DNA of 64,000 nucleotides from Callorhinchus milii (taxonomy: Eukaryota): contig NW_024704743.1 in the NCBI RefSeq assembly GCF_018977255.1, forward strand, positions 107,572,001-107,636,000, given 5' to 3'. Both the position numbers and the translations under genes were made by a program. Positions within the stretch are counted from its first letter, which is position 1. Every line of letters starts with the position of its first letter. Below are positions 49,701 through 63,090 of this stretch, one piece after another. The notes under the pieces were generated by a model that worked only from the letters and a program-made list of their open reading frames with translations, was not told the DNA's origin and made no database searches.

Positions 49701-51924
49701 ATAGTAATTTCTACTTCAATAGCATCTTCAATGAGATACATTTCTAGTTCCCATTTGTGTATCCATAAACTACTTTTAGTACCTTAGCTTAAATTCGGTT
49801 GCAGGTTGAGATCTATGTCATGCGTTAGCGATTCGGGATTATGTGGTGGAGCAAGGTGGGGGGAGAGGGGAATAAGAAGATAAATCAGCCTGGCTTTCCC
49901 ACACCTGATTGCTATCCAATGACCCCTGATGGAAAGTGTGCTTTGGGTTATGAAAGCAGAATTGAGCTCCGCATTCCAACCTCAAATGGTCTTTCATATG
50001 CACGCAATCAATGACCACGTGGGTGAAAAAAGGAATACTGCTTCCTGTGGAACCATACATTAGGAAGAAATTAAATAGGTTGGATGGTGGTAGATTGTTA
50101 AAGAAAAGACTTGATGAGCTAAATGGCTTAAACTTATCCAGAATTTGAAGCTTGTTGCACATTGTAAAAGCACAAAAAANCCATTTTAATGTAGTAAATT
50201 GAAAATATGTAATGATATTTGCATATTTGCCTCATTCTGCTTCAATGATTTCTACAACCTCTGCAATCGGGACACCGTATGGCAGGTAGTCTTGCTTTCA
50301 GCTTCATTTCTGAACTACTGTTAAGAGTTCTATAGAACTGCTAAGGGGTGGCTTAACCACACAGGAAATAGAAAATAGTTCTGCTTCATGTAAGATTTCA
50401 CATACTGTCAGTGGTTACATCTTGTTGTGTGAAATGACACTTTCAGATTATTGTTTGAGGTCTTGTTAGTAGACTAGTATATTCTGATCTCCTTAAATGG
50501 GAATCATTCATTTTCTTAAAACTGCCAACACTGACTTTCTTAGTGGTATTCCTGAAGTAGTAGCTTTAAAAGTTAGAAATGTACAATGAAGTTGCTATCA
50601 AGACAGGTCTATAGATTTGTCTATTATTAAGTAAAATCACCAACTTCTAAACCTGCTTAAAAAGTATATTTTCTACAGGTTGGGTATTCAGTTTAATCAT
50701 AAGAGATATAGAATTCTACATGAATCTCCACTATTGAAAGAGTCAACTCTTAACTTTTATGAACTCAATTTATTGAAAGTCAGCCAGGAGAACCATGAGT
50801 GACCAATCCAATTAATAATAGTGAAACACAAAACTGAACAATGCATTATGAAAATTCTTTCTATAGGTAATTTCGATCCAAATATTGAATATTTCCATTT
50901 TTGATTCAATAGCAACTAGGAGGTGGTCATTGGCATGGTGGAAGAGGAAGGTCTTTGGGTACAATCTGAAGGTGAGCAAAGAGGGCCAAGATGGAGGGAT
51001 TGAGGAAGGGAATTCAAGTTTTGGGAAGTAGTGGCTGAAAACATGGAGGGGACAAGGAAAGGCCAACCCTGACTAAGTGACGTGGTCAGGTAGAGTTGGA
51101 TGTGAGCGGAGTTGAGAGGTAGGGAGCTGCTAGGGAATTAAGTGATTTGAAGTGCAACTGGTCTCAGTATGGCAAACAAATCTGTCATGGTTTCTGCTTA
51201 CAATTACAATTCAGTGACCCTGCTGGGAGTGGGTTGAGTGGATAGAGCTTGGCTATGATGACATCTACAGTCGAATAGTTTGCTGGAGCTCACATCCTAG
51301 GAGCACCCACGAAGGTTGTATCAACCCACTTCTGTGCAATATTTGTGGGTCGATACAACCTGTGTAACTATCCAAATGACAGAGGCAGGAAGAAAATTTG
51401 AGATGGGATCAGTACATATGTATTTCTGATTCTACATTTGCCTTTCACAAGTAATAATGAATGTAGTCTCACTCCAGTTTTTTAAAAAAACAAGAGTTGT
51501 GATATTAGTTGACTAATTATTTGTCACATTTGTCTTATCCTTCAGATAGAGACTACGGTGTACCTGCTAGGATTGATTGTCCACAGCTTACCTATGTAGT
51601 CAGGTTTTATCAAAAGTTAGGTTTTTATTCCATGCCTTAAATCATTTTAAGTAATAAAACTGACTTGAACATGTAATCTTACTCAGTGTATTTGTAACAG
51701 AAAAACACGGGAGATGTTGCAGGAGTACAATATAATCAATTGGTGTCTGCTTCCACACCTAACTTTGCTTGATCATACACATCATATACTTCTAACCAAA
51801 AGGATTGTCGGGTGATGTGCTCAAACTTCATCAGTGTTGCTGTTGTGGCCTATTCAAAGGTATGTAACTCTCCCAAATTTAATGGCACATGTTTAACCTT
51901 TCACCTTTTTATATTAAGTCAACA

Positions 51925-52215
51925 ATTATAATCTTGTATTTGACATAACTCCTTTAATGCAAGGAGGATGTCTCAAAGTGCTTCACAGGATATTGTGTAA
52001 GGTGTAGTGTATTTTGTAGGCACATGTGCACAGCAATATCCCACAAACAGCAATGAAATGAGTAACCAATTTAACTGGGGGAGGACACTGTTGGCCAGGT
52101 CACCAGGAGAAACTTCCTTCTGTTTTTGAATAGTGGATCTTTAATATCCACCTGAACAGGCAGATAGGACCTTGGTTTAACGTCTCATCTGAAAGTTGGC
52201 ATCTCCAACAATACA
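51925..52215 (-). mobile_element. Old long-form DeuSINE relic
   Basis: gcacagcaatatcccacaaacagcaatga...ttggccagg.caccaggagaaact...cacctgaacaggcagataggaccttggtttaacgtctcatctgaaag; similar relics at about 940-1100, 17640-17890, 24300-24586 and 43970-44290. Confidence 0.75.
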
Positions 52216-52282
52216 AGACATCTTGTTGGATTCTTTGTAATTTATACCTAGACCAGACTGTCTCATTCAAAAGGGGTTTTGC

Positions 52283-52620
52283 GACCTAACCCCCTACCAT
52301 CCTGCTCGCTCTCTTCGCTCAGTGGGCTCCAGCTTCCTTCACTCCCCTGCCTCACTCGCCCCACTATTGGCAGCCAAGCCTTCTGCCACTCTGCCCACAC
52401 CTTCTGGAACTCCATCCCGCAGTCCCTCTGCCTCAACCCCTCCCTTGCCTTCTTCAAGACCCATCACAAGACCCTCCTCTTCGACCGTGCTTTCGATCTC
52501 TTTGCTTCCCCTGCTACCCTCCATCCTCCCTGACCTTCAGCTTGGGTCCGAATCTCTGTCCAGTGTTTTGGGACGTCCTTCCGATGTGAAAGGTTCTATA
52601 CAACTGTAATTTTGTTGTTT
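52283..52620 (+). mobile_element. L2 3' fragment
   Basis: [24 protein letters not shown]...KTLLFD followed by the L2 tail. Confidence 0.88.
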
Positions 52621-54799
52621 TTTAACCTGATATGATTGTACAGTGGAAATCTTAATGTGGTAGTTTCAAAAATACAGAACACAAATAATAAGAAATAATA
52701 CTTGCAGTTCTTGGGAGCTGGCCACGAGACATGACCATTAATCCAACTCAACTGTTTTCCTCAAACTTTTTATCCCCTGCTTGCTTAAATTTAGCAATCT
52801 TAAATTGAAACCCTTAAACTTCTTTCCCACTGTCACAGCCAGGGGTGTTAATAGGTCAACCTGGTTGTCAATGCTAAACCAATTAAATGTCCCCAGCTAT
52901 CTCCTGTTTGGTTTTGTTTCAAGAAGAAGCATTCTCAGATCGGCAAGGTTCCAATTCTGTCTTTCAATCAAAATGTCTGTACTAAGGTGTCAAATAACCT
53001 TAGACATTGTCCTTCTTTCCATATCACATTAACTCGGTCATTTATAATTATATTAATCCTTGCCTTTGACAGAGCGCTCTACCACATCCTCCAAACGTCT
53101 CAAAGCACCCCAAAGAATACACTGCAAAGTGAACCGACCACTTGCCCTGCAGGCGAAACATTTACAGCCCAACAATCCCAGCACTGCAATGGAGTGTCAG
53201 CCTAGATTTGCAAGTTTAAAGTCTCAATGTGGGGTTTGAACTGACAACCTACATTAAACTTTTGTATTGTGAGAAGGTGGGGAGGGCGTCTTCTGTTCTA
53301 ACTTCCATAGACTTGAGGGGAAATGTTGATTTTACCAAGGCTAATAATTGGATTTGCTGGTATGTCTACTTTCCATTTTGCTAATAACACAAAAGCCTGT
53401 AACTAAATTGTCTCTGAATACCACACCTTAAAGAAATGGTAATCAAACTCCTCTGATAATAGTTGGTAATATTGATACCTGGTATGAGCTATGTAGTTAA
53501 AGTATGATTCCTGTCTACTTCATTTTTTCTCGACCACAAGTTGAGGCACAAAAATTAGCTGTAAGTGAGGAAAATTCACCAGGGTTCTTACTCTTGATCA
53601 CAAACCGGCAATTGTTCTGATGGAGGTGTGTGTCTGTGGACCGCAATATAGAATCAGGCTTTGCTGTGATGTCTTTCATAGTTGATACCTTGCTGACATT
53701 CACAGTTGAGGTTTACACATGAAGAATGGCCACTTGGGCAAGGCCAGTTGGAGGGCTGCCAACAAGCATGAAACCATAAACTTTCAAGAGTCAGTGCATT
53801 TGGGGAGAGGGTTGCAAAACAAAAATTCTGCCAGGAGAAAACAAAAGTAAATCAAAGTGTTTTGTCAAAAGGGGTTACAAAAGATAGCTGAGGTAAAATC
53901 AGGGAGAAAAAATAGGACGTGTACAGAAAGGAAAGAGGATGATGAAGGGATAACAAGCCCAGGATTCAATTTTTTTAATGTAAATGGTTGTACCTGCTTG
54001 TTTTGCAGTTTCTGGTTCATATTACTGCATTAAGTTATTCTTGAAATCAACTAGCTGTAATGTTAATGTTTATTCAGTCCATGACTTGGACATATGGATC
54101 AGGCCAAAAAGCTGAATAGTTTCCAGATGTCTAGTCCCATGAGGAAATACTTTCTCTGATTGGTGCCACTCAATGGTAGCTGAACTGTATAATGCAACAC
54201 ATAGAGAATCATGGCACAAACTTGGTGATGAAATGGGTTAATGTTCAAATATGCTACACAACAACTTGCAAATATTGTAATATTTTGTGAGATTTTACAT
54301 TGAGGTGCAAACTCATCTCTATTTAATTTTCAATCTACAAATTGGAGGGGCTTCAATTAGAACACTTGCAATCAGGTTCAATAATTTGCTCAGAAACAAT
54401 ACAAGTGAATTCATGAAACCTAGATCCCCAGGCTCTTCAAGGGATCAGTGGATTATGCAGTTAGTGGCTGAAACCAGATCTAAAATGTCCAAGATTTGAT
54501 GCCTAATCTGTTTGTTCGCTGATCTCAGAGCTTCAGTGAAGGCATTACAATTGGGCTCGGGGGGGCCCTAGGGGTTAGGGAGGGGATATTGGCTAGTTTT
54601 CCTACACTTGATAGTTATCTGGAAACTCCTGTTGCAGTTCATGTATGGGGGTGAGGGTACTGAGCAATATAATCCCATGACTAATCCCATGATGAAATAC
54701 AGTAGTGAATATTGCTAATTTTAATCAGCGTTATTGTCAAGTCTAGCCAATCGAGCACCCACAATTGATATTTCCTGTCAGATAGATGTTCAGACCACT

Positions 54800-56072
54800 A
54801 ATCACGCTCTTCTTTGGTCAAAATGACAAATGACATTTTATCCATCTAGACCACGGCTCCCGCTGCCTCCTCATCCTTGACCTCAGCTGCCTTCGATACC
54901 ATTGACCACTCTTATGTTTCTCCACCGCCTCAAATCTCACCTCAACCTTCATGGTTCTGTCCTTTGAATGGTTCAGATCCTACCTCTCACACCGTTTCCA
55001 TTTCATCTTCACAAACGGCTTCTCCTCTAGCCCTTGCACCGTTTTGTTTGGTGTTCTCAGTGCTCTGTCTTTGGTCCCCATTTTCCGATAATTCTATGTT
55101 CCCTCTTGGTGACATCATCCGCAGACATGGGATCAACTTCCGCATGTACGCAGATGACACCCAACTCTATCTCTCTGCCTCCACCTTCAACTCCAGGATC
55201 ATTGCTGTGCTGACAGAATGTCTGTCAGACATCAAGTCCTGGATGAAAGCTAACTTTCTACAGTTGAATGTCAACAAGATTGAGGCCCTCCTGATTGGCT
55301 CCACACCTCAGCCACTGACCGCATCCAAGGGGGCATACTTCACTTTGCTAAACCGGTCCGGAACCTTGGCGTCTTGTTTGACCCTCAACTATCTTTTCTA
55401 CCCCACATCCATGCAATGTTCCGCTCTGCCTTCCCCCACCTCCACAACATTGCCCGGCTCCATCACTGTCTCACACCACAGGCCCTCTGAGCCCCTCATA
55501 CACCCAATCATAACACCCAGGCTCAATTACGCAAACTCCCTGCTTGTTTGCTGCCCCAACTCCTCCCTCCGTTGGCTGCAGATCATATAGAACTCTGCAG
55601 CCCTCTTCTCTCCTGCACCAGGCTCCATGACCCTATCCTCGCCTGACTACACTGGCTTCCCCTCACACAGAAGATACAGTTCAAGATCCTGGTCCTCACC
55701 TTCAAAGCCCTCCATGGCCATGCTCCCCCATCTCTGTGATCCTCTAGCCCCCTACCAACCTGCCCTTTTCCTCCACTCAGCAGGCTCTGGCCTGCTTCAT
55801 GCCCCCGCCTCGCCTGACCTACCACACTCTGCTTCCGCCCTCTGGAACTCCATCCCACAGTCCCTCCACCTTATCCCCTCCCTTGCCTCCTTCAAGACCC
55901 GTCTCAAGACCCTTCTCTTTGACTGTACCTTCGGTCATCCTCCTTCCCCACCCTCGTTCTCCACCCAACCCGATCCCAACCCCCAGCTTGGATCTGAAAC
56001 ATTGAATGTCCAGTGCCTTGGTACATCCTCCCAATGTGAAAGATGCTATACAAATGTAATTTTGCTGTTCTT
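54800..56072 (+). mobile_element. 5'-truncated, degenerate L2 LINE
   Basis: [37 protein letters not shown]2 tail at about 56010-56072. Confidence 0.93.
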
Positions 56073-56439
56073 GTAAATTAGTTACATTTCAATTCGGTCA
56101 CAATCTAATTTCCAACTGCCCGCTTCACCTTTAAGTTAGCTTATGTTATAAATAATAATTACAATATGAGTCAGTCTGTCTATCAAAGTTGATAATTTCT
56201 ATTGCTGAGTTCAGTAAAATGAACTTTCCAGCCAAGTGAAATTTCCCTCCTGAGTCCCTACTTTTTAGTCGTCAGAGCATCAATTACACTTTCACTCTTT
56301 GTCAATCAAAGCTGTAGACATTTAGTATGCTACTGTTTAAATCAAGTTAACTACTAATCACACTGCTGATTCTGACCAGAAGTTGTGTGCAGTAGATCTG
56401 AATGAAGATTTTCATTAGGGATAAGGGGTCACCCAAACA

Positions 56440-56790
56440 TTAATAATAAGAATCCTTGCATTTGATATAACGGCTTATCATAGTGTTGAGATGGCTCAAA
56501 ACACTTCACAGAATATATTGCAAAGTGGATTGACTGTATATTTTGTGGGTGAAATATGGCAGCCAATTGAGCACAGCAGTGTCCCACAAACAGTCGTGGA
56601 TTGAGTGACCATTTTTTTTAAAAGGAATTATTACCCTCGGAAAGCAATCCACTAATCGACTAACAGCCGGGTTCCTACCTAGTGCTAGGTAAACAGAGAC
56701 ATGTGGAGTAAAGAAACTTGCCCAGGGTTTTGCATCCCCTCCCCTGTGAATTGAAGCCGGGTCCTCTGGCTTGCGATGAATGCACCACAT
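56440..56790 (-). mobile_element. tRNA-derived SINE, longer older variant
   Basis: Carries the same extra internal block as 1695-2048 (ctaggtaaacagag.catgtgg). Confidence 0.85.
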
Positions 56791-57048
56791 GTAAGATGCC
56801 TCAGTTGGAAGGACTCCATCAGTTATACTCCAGATTCATTAAAGTACTAAAAATGCCACTGAGTGCATTCTATCAAACAAAACAATATCGAGTCACATAT
56901 TAGTTGAATTTTTTTACTGACTGCAACTTCTGTAATTCAGTGGACATCTGTGCCATCTTTTAAATCGATCAAGTATTCTTGGCATAAACGTTTTACGAAT
57001 TCCCTCACACACCCTCTGGTTGTTTGCAACTAAAGGTGCAAACAAGGG

Positions 57049-57160
57049 TGTGGAGTCTGTAGCTCAGTGTTTAAAGCACTCGCCTCGCAAGCCAGAGGCC
57101 TGGGTTCGATTCTCAGTAGGGCAAAACCTTGGGCAAGTTTCCTTACTCCAAATGCCCGAG
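57049..57160 (+). mobile_element. SINE tRNA-like head only
   Basis: ggagtctgtagctcagtgtttaaagcactcg...gggttcgattctc...cttgggcaagtttccttactcc. Confidence 0.8.
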
Positions 57161-57814
57161 TGCCACAAACTGAACCATGCTGACAGTATTTTACATATGC
57201 ACACACTTGTTTTTAATTTGGCAACATTGTAGAATGCTTGGTGCTCTGCATTTATTGCAGACCTATGTGTCAGTTGCCTATCAATCAATTCATATCAGTA
57301 ACTGATACATCACTGTATTGCTTCTGGTCCCAGTCAGCAAGTACCTCTCACCTTTCCTTTCCATCTACCTACCTATCAGTGCTAGTCCATTACTGAGTCC
57401 TTTCAGTAATTTGTCCAAACCCTGGAGGGCTATATTCCTAAAGAACTATTTGACACTTAATGTTTATATCCTTTGGGGCCACTTACCATCCATTCGGCAA
57501 AGCTTGCCCCCACCCACCCCCCTTTAATGTTCACTGTGCTCCTTAGCTACAGATGCTTCCCATTCAATTATAAATCATGATATGCACATCAGTAAACCAA
57601 ATAACTTCATTGGCAGAGTCTTATATCAGAACTACCTCTACCCATTGCAGCTTTGCTTGCAACCAAAGGATCCAATATGGAATGTAGACTGACCCACAGA
57701 TGTTTTGTCTTTATTCGTATAGATTATTATATAATATACATAAGGGGAGGGGGAGGGGCTAAACTCAAGATGGGGAGAGGCTCCAACTCAAATCCCAGAC
57801 TTCACCCTCCCCGG

Positions 57815-58288
57815 CTAGTCGCTGCTAGACCGCGGAGGAATCTGTAAACCTCGCGGCCTTACCAAGCCAACCGTCCCAACTCCGACATGGTGCTGCCCAT
57901 CCCAGAGCGCCCAGGAGCAGCAGGAAAAGCAATTGAATGGCTGCTGTCAACGCTGCTCAAGGCAATTTCCACCTCACGACCGCCAGCTTGTGCCCACCAC
58001 TTGGCTTTCTCTGAGTGCATGCGTGCTGTGTGATGCTCACTGCCACAGTGCCACTGGGAGTTGGCACGGCCACCAGGTGTAACTACAGTGTACATGTAAC
58101 TACCATATATGAGTGATGAGCTTTTTTGTTAATATAGCTTATCAACGATAGGAGATCGCCCCCAAAAATACGCCCATGACACTCCCCTATGCAACACTTT
58201 TCCGATGAGGTACAAATCATCTCTCTACATCAATCGGTTATTGAGTTCTTAGCAGATACACAGACATTACGTCTATCAGTATATAAGA
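57815..58288 (-). mobile_element. Candidate non-autonomous Helitron-like element
   Basis: Minus strand begins A|TCTTATATAC and ends with a GC-rich hairpin followed by CTAG. Confidence 0.4.
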
Positions 58289-59384
58289 TAAGGCACCATT
58301 TTAAACAACTGACTAATATTAACTTAGTAGATGGTCAGCACCACCCAAGGTAGTTACAGCATTTTAGAAGCAAGAGTTTTAGTTCTTAAACAATATTATG
58401 ATAACACAGAACAGGCTCTCTATGTTCTTGGTGGAAAGAGTTCTAAATAAAGAAATTAAATATGAATAGGTGGTGATAAAGGCAGGCACAATATTAATTG
58501 CCAAGGTATTGAATGATAGGTATTGACAATTCTTATCTAAGCAAGAATGCACATATATTCAACATAACATTAATCTAGACAAGGGATAATAGTATCCATT
58601 GTAAGAATATAAAGTGCTATGTACGTACACCTTTATCCCTGCTACTGGAGTAGAAACCAGTTGATAAGAACAGCTTTGGAGAAAACAAAACATCTGATAA
58701 TCGTGTGGTTCTTTGCAAATCCTACAAATATAATCTGGACATCCTCTCAAATTAATATCAAGTCATCCTTAACAGCAATTTATCATTACATGATAAGTAA
58801 TAATCCTTGCATTTTTTGATAGGTGCAAAGCTACCCAACTAAGCTTGATAAGTCCAAAAATATCATGGTTTTAATTAATATTTTAGCTCAAGATAGCCTA
58901 CTGCAATTCAAAACACACTGGAATGTTCATTATAATTGCAGTAAACTGTGAACTAGTCACTCCAAGGGAAAACGGTTGGGTACGTGTATAAAGACAGTAC
59001 ATCAATAAATGCAGCTGGGATATTGACAGTATGATGACTTAAATGATAGTGATAAGTTAATACAGGATTGTGTTATCGGGGGTTCACTGTATTAGCAGAT
59101 AGGACAAAGCAAGTGTAAGTCAATAATAACATTTTAAAGTGGAACTGTGCTCCATTGATATCCCTCCATCAATTCTTCGTTTATTCTTTTGTATTCCAAT
59201 TCTGAAACTTGATATTGTGTTCATGCAATCTATTGTGATACATTAAGACTCAATAAATAGGATAATGCTGCTTGTTAAATTTACAGGTGGATGACATTAC
59301 AGTCATGACACAATAAATACAATAAATCATGTGAAGAACTCCAAGACATCCTTCCAATGTGAAAGGCACTATGTCTTTTTTTTC

Positions 59385-59885
59385 ATCTCCACCACATTGC
59401 CCACCTCCACCACATTGCCTGCATCTGTCCGTACCTCACAACCAACACAGCTGAAACCTTCATTCATGCCTTCATCACATCCCAGCTGCACCATATAAAA
59501 AAATTCAATTAGTTTAAAACTCGCCGCACAGACACTCACCAACACGAAACTCCGTATTCCCATCACACCAGTCCTTGTTAGGCTACACTGGCTCCCAATC
59601 ACCAAACGGATCAATTTCAAGATCCTCGCACTCATTTTCAAATCACTTCATTCCTCGCACCTCTCTACTTATCTGACCTGCTTATCCCCTACTCCACCAC
59701 CCGCTGCCTCCAATCGGCTGACTCCGGCCTCCTATTTGTTCTAAAGATCTTGCTTTTTGATTGTGCTTACGGTCACCTCCTCCCTCCCTCTTCTCCTGGC
59801 TCGTTGTCAGACTCCACCACTGTGAAGTGCTCCAGGATGCTAACCCGCATGAAGGGATCTATATAAATGCAAGTTGTTGTTGTCA
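59385..59885 (+). mobile_element. Degenerate L2 3' part
   Basis: ctacactggctcccaatc...atcaatttcaagatcctc (LHWLPI..RI.FKIL) and tail atataaatgcaagttgttgttg. Confidence 0.8.
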
Positions 59886-61907
59886 AATCCAAGGATTGTT
59901 ATTAAAAAAAAGTTGCATTTATATAGCACCCTTCATGCAAGGCAGGGTCTCGGAGTGCTTAACTGGTGGAATCTGATACCGAACTAGTGGAAGGGAGTAG
60001 GTGACCGTTATCATAGTAAGATAAGAATTTGCTAGGTGAAAGAAGACCAAGGTCCATCTAGTTGGCCTTCCACCATCCTGGCAGTCGCTTGACATGTCGT
60101 GTCCCAAACTATATATCCCAAGATATTTTTTAACAGATATCTATCCAATTTGTTCTTGAAACAAAAGACACGTTCTGCTTCTTTTAAATCATGTAGTTTA
60201 GTAGTCTTTTAAATTATGCTGTACATCACTACAGCCATTGCACACTACTTTTAAACTTACTTTTTAGAAGTTTGTTTTATAAAACATTATTAGGTATTGC
60301 ATCACCACTCAAATGCTAATGTTTGAAAAGATCTGCTTTTCTCATTCACTTTTCTTTCAGCTTAAGTGTTTTTAAATCCCACCTTGACTGCACCTAGAGA
60401 CAATTCCCCCTCCTCCAATGCTCAGTAACTGATCCTGTCTCTGTGAAGCACACTGAGTTGTTGTCCTAGATGAAGGGCACTATATAAGTACAAGTTGTTC
60501 TTGAAGGCGTTGGAGGTACATTTCCATGATTGGCAGAAAAAACTGCCTCACAACATTGTCCTCCAACTGGTGGTATTTTCATTCATTTGATGGTGGAAAC
60601 TCACTCCAGAGATGATAGAAGACCCAGTATTCAAAAAGTTCCAGTTAGGTTTGCCGCAAGAAAAATTACATGATTTTCTTTCATTGAATTACTGAAGTTA
60701 CTGGCAAACTCATAATGAAAAAGCATCATAAAACTGACGGTATAGTCATATTCATTATTTCTCAGCATGGAAATTTTCAAAACCTAGCACGTGGTTTTGG
60801 AGTGCTGTGTATGAAACACTTTTAAAACAGCAACTTCCAATCAAAGCTTTTTAAATAAAAGCAGTGCTTTCTCAGTTAGAACATGGTTAATGAATCAGCA
60901 TCTGCACAAATGTTCTCTTGAACAATGCATTCTTATAAACAGTATCCAGAGTGGTGCGTGCTACAAGAAAATTAAATTTGGTGAAACTGTGCAATCTGTA
61001 TATGTAAATAAGCTGGACTATAACAAGACCTGTTACTTTGGTAAGTACTAGCAGAATAGAATGAGGCCTGTCTGTGCGAATGTGTTCTCTTTTCTATTCC
61101 CTAGATACTTATGTATAACTGCAGTTTAGTACTTAGTCCTTTGTGTTCATGACTTCAATCACGTCCAAATGCCATTTGCAGTTCGCTTCCCAGCATAGAT
61201 ACATGTGTGTTAACTCAATACCTGCTGCTATTGTGAACTGACAACAACAGCTGCTGCTGCTCCCCTCCCACTACTACAGTACTATTTTATACGCTGCTTA
61301 GTATTCTACATGGATGTCAGATCTCCATGCTAATTCTGTTAAACCTGACGTCCATTTGGAATACTAAATGTAATGAACTCCACTGAACTTTTCTAGGCCT
61401 CCAAATTGGATGATGAAACTCACTAGAGTTTTATTTGAGACCTAAACCAACTCAAGAATCCTGGTCATTATATCGGCTGTATTTCTGACTATTTAATACT
61501 TTGAATAATGGACACTGTCTTCTTTAATCATTTCCATAGCTGACTTGGACCCTCAACATGGCTACTTTCTCACAATTTAGCTTGGTTACTGAAGAATTGA
61601 CACAATCCGACATTTTAAAGAAATGTTTGCAAAGTATATGTGAAATTAAATACAGGCAAGCTCCAACACTATGCAGAGTGTAAGCACTTGCACAATATGA
61701 TTTTTGATTTCCTCTTTTTCAACTGCACTTTATACCCATCCCCCATGCAAGAGATGTGGTAAGTATTCGAAAAAAAACTGAGGCGAGTCAAACCCTGCAA
61801 TGAGTAAGAAGCAGTCAGGGAAGGCATAAACCATATTTTTAATTATTTGTCCATTTCACAAACACCACTAAATCTAGAGGCGCTTTTCCAGTTAAATTGT
61901 GAACATT

Positions 61908-62222
61908 TAATAATAATAATAATCCTTGCATTTGATATAGCGCTTTTCACTTCTTCTAGATTATTCCAAAGCGCTTCACAGAATATACTGTAAAGTGAAT
62001 TGACTGTATATTTGTGGGCGAAACGCAGCAGCCAATTGTGCACAGCAATGTCCCACAAATTGCCGAGGACTGAAGTGACCAATTTTATTGTTTTTTTTTC
62101 TTGAGTGTTTATTATCAGGTGTCTGGAGTAAGGAAACTTGCCCAAGGTTTCGCCCTGCCGGGAATCGAACCCAGGTCTCTCACTTGCAAGGTGAGTGCTC
62201 TAACCACTGAGCTAAGGACTCC
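61908..62222 (-). mobile_element. Full-length tRNA-derived SINE
   Basis: Reverse complement of the family consensus with (TTA)n tail. Confidence 0.92.
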
Positions 62223-62724
62223 ATTTGTATGTGAATCACCAAATGCAATATCTTTTTTCACTAGTAAATGTGGCATGACATTGAATTACAGTTGTTCTTT
62301 TGTTAATTATCTCTTGCAATTTCCACTGGGTTGCCCTGCATTAGTTTGTTAGTATGTAAATTCCGGTGTACATATTGTGTGGGGTTTTCTGCGTAGGCTG
62401 CTCTTCTAAAGCTCCCCGAAAACATTTTTTTCACTTTACCATTATGCAGATCATACCTTGAATGTGATTATCAATACTGGGAATCAAGAAGTGCTCGTCA
62501 AGGAAATAGTGTAAAAAGCACCCTGAGAGTAAAGTGCAACTCTGCTGGAGAATTCATGAGAAGTCAGCTCCAACTAGACTATGTTTGAAAGATTAGTTCT
62601 CAAAGTCAGTGTGAAGTGTCAGGGTTCCATTTACGCTGTTTCCTGGTGAGCACTTTCCAATTCTTTGTTGGCATGTATAGATCTCAGCTGGGTTAAAGAA
62701 AGAAAAACCTTACATTTTTAATTT

Positions 62725-63090
62725 GAATCGAGTTCAAGATCCTCACACCCTCCTACGAATCACTTCATGCCCTGGCACCTCCCTCCCTCTCCAACCTGCT
62801 CACATTGCACTCCTCTACCTGCTCACTTTTGCTCAACTGGCTCAGGCCCTCCACACATCCCTCGACCCCTCTGTTCCATCATCAGGGACCAAACTTTCAG
62901 CCACTATGCCCTGCACCTTTGAAACTCCCTGTCTCAGTCCCTCTGTCTTGCCAGTCTTCAGATCACACCTGCAAGCTTTCCTCTTTGATCATGTTTACAG
63001 TCCCCTCACCTTTTTTCCAGTCAAATTACACCATTGTTAAGCGCTCTGAGACACTATCCACTTGAAGGGCACTCTATAAATCCAAGTTTT
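62725..63090 (+). mobile_element. Degenerate L2 3' part
   Basis: atcgagttcaagatcctcac start; tail ttaagcgctctgagacact...gaagggcactctataaatccaag. Confidence 0.75.

Noticed and set aside
51313..51361. let-7 resemblance (AGGTTGTAT / ATACAACCT)
   Set aside because: The let-7 seed TGAGGTAG is absent and the register in the hairpin is wrong; kept only as an anonymous hairpin.
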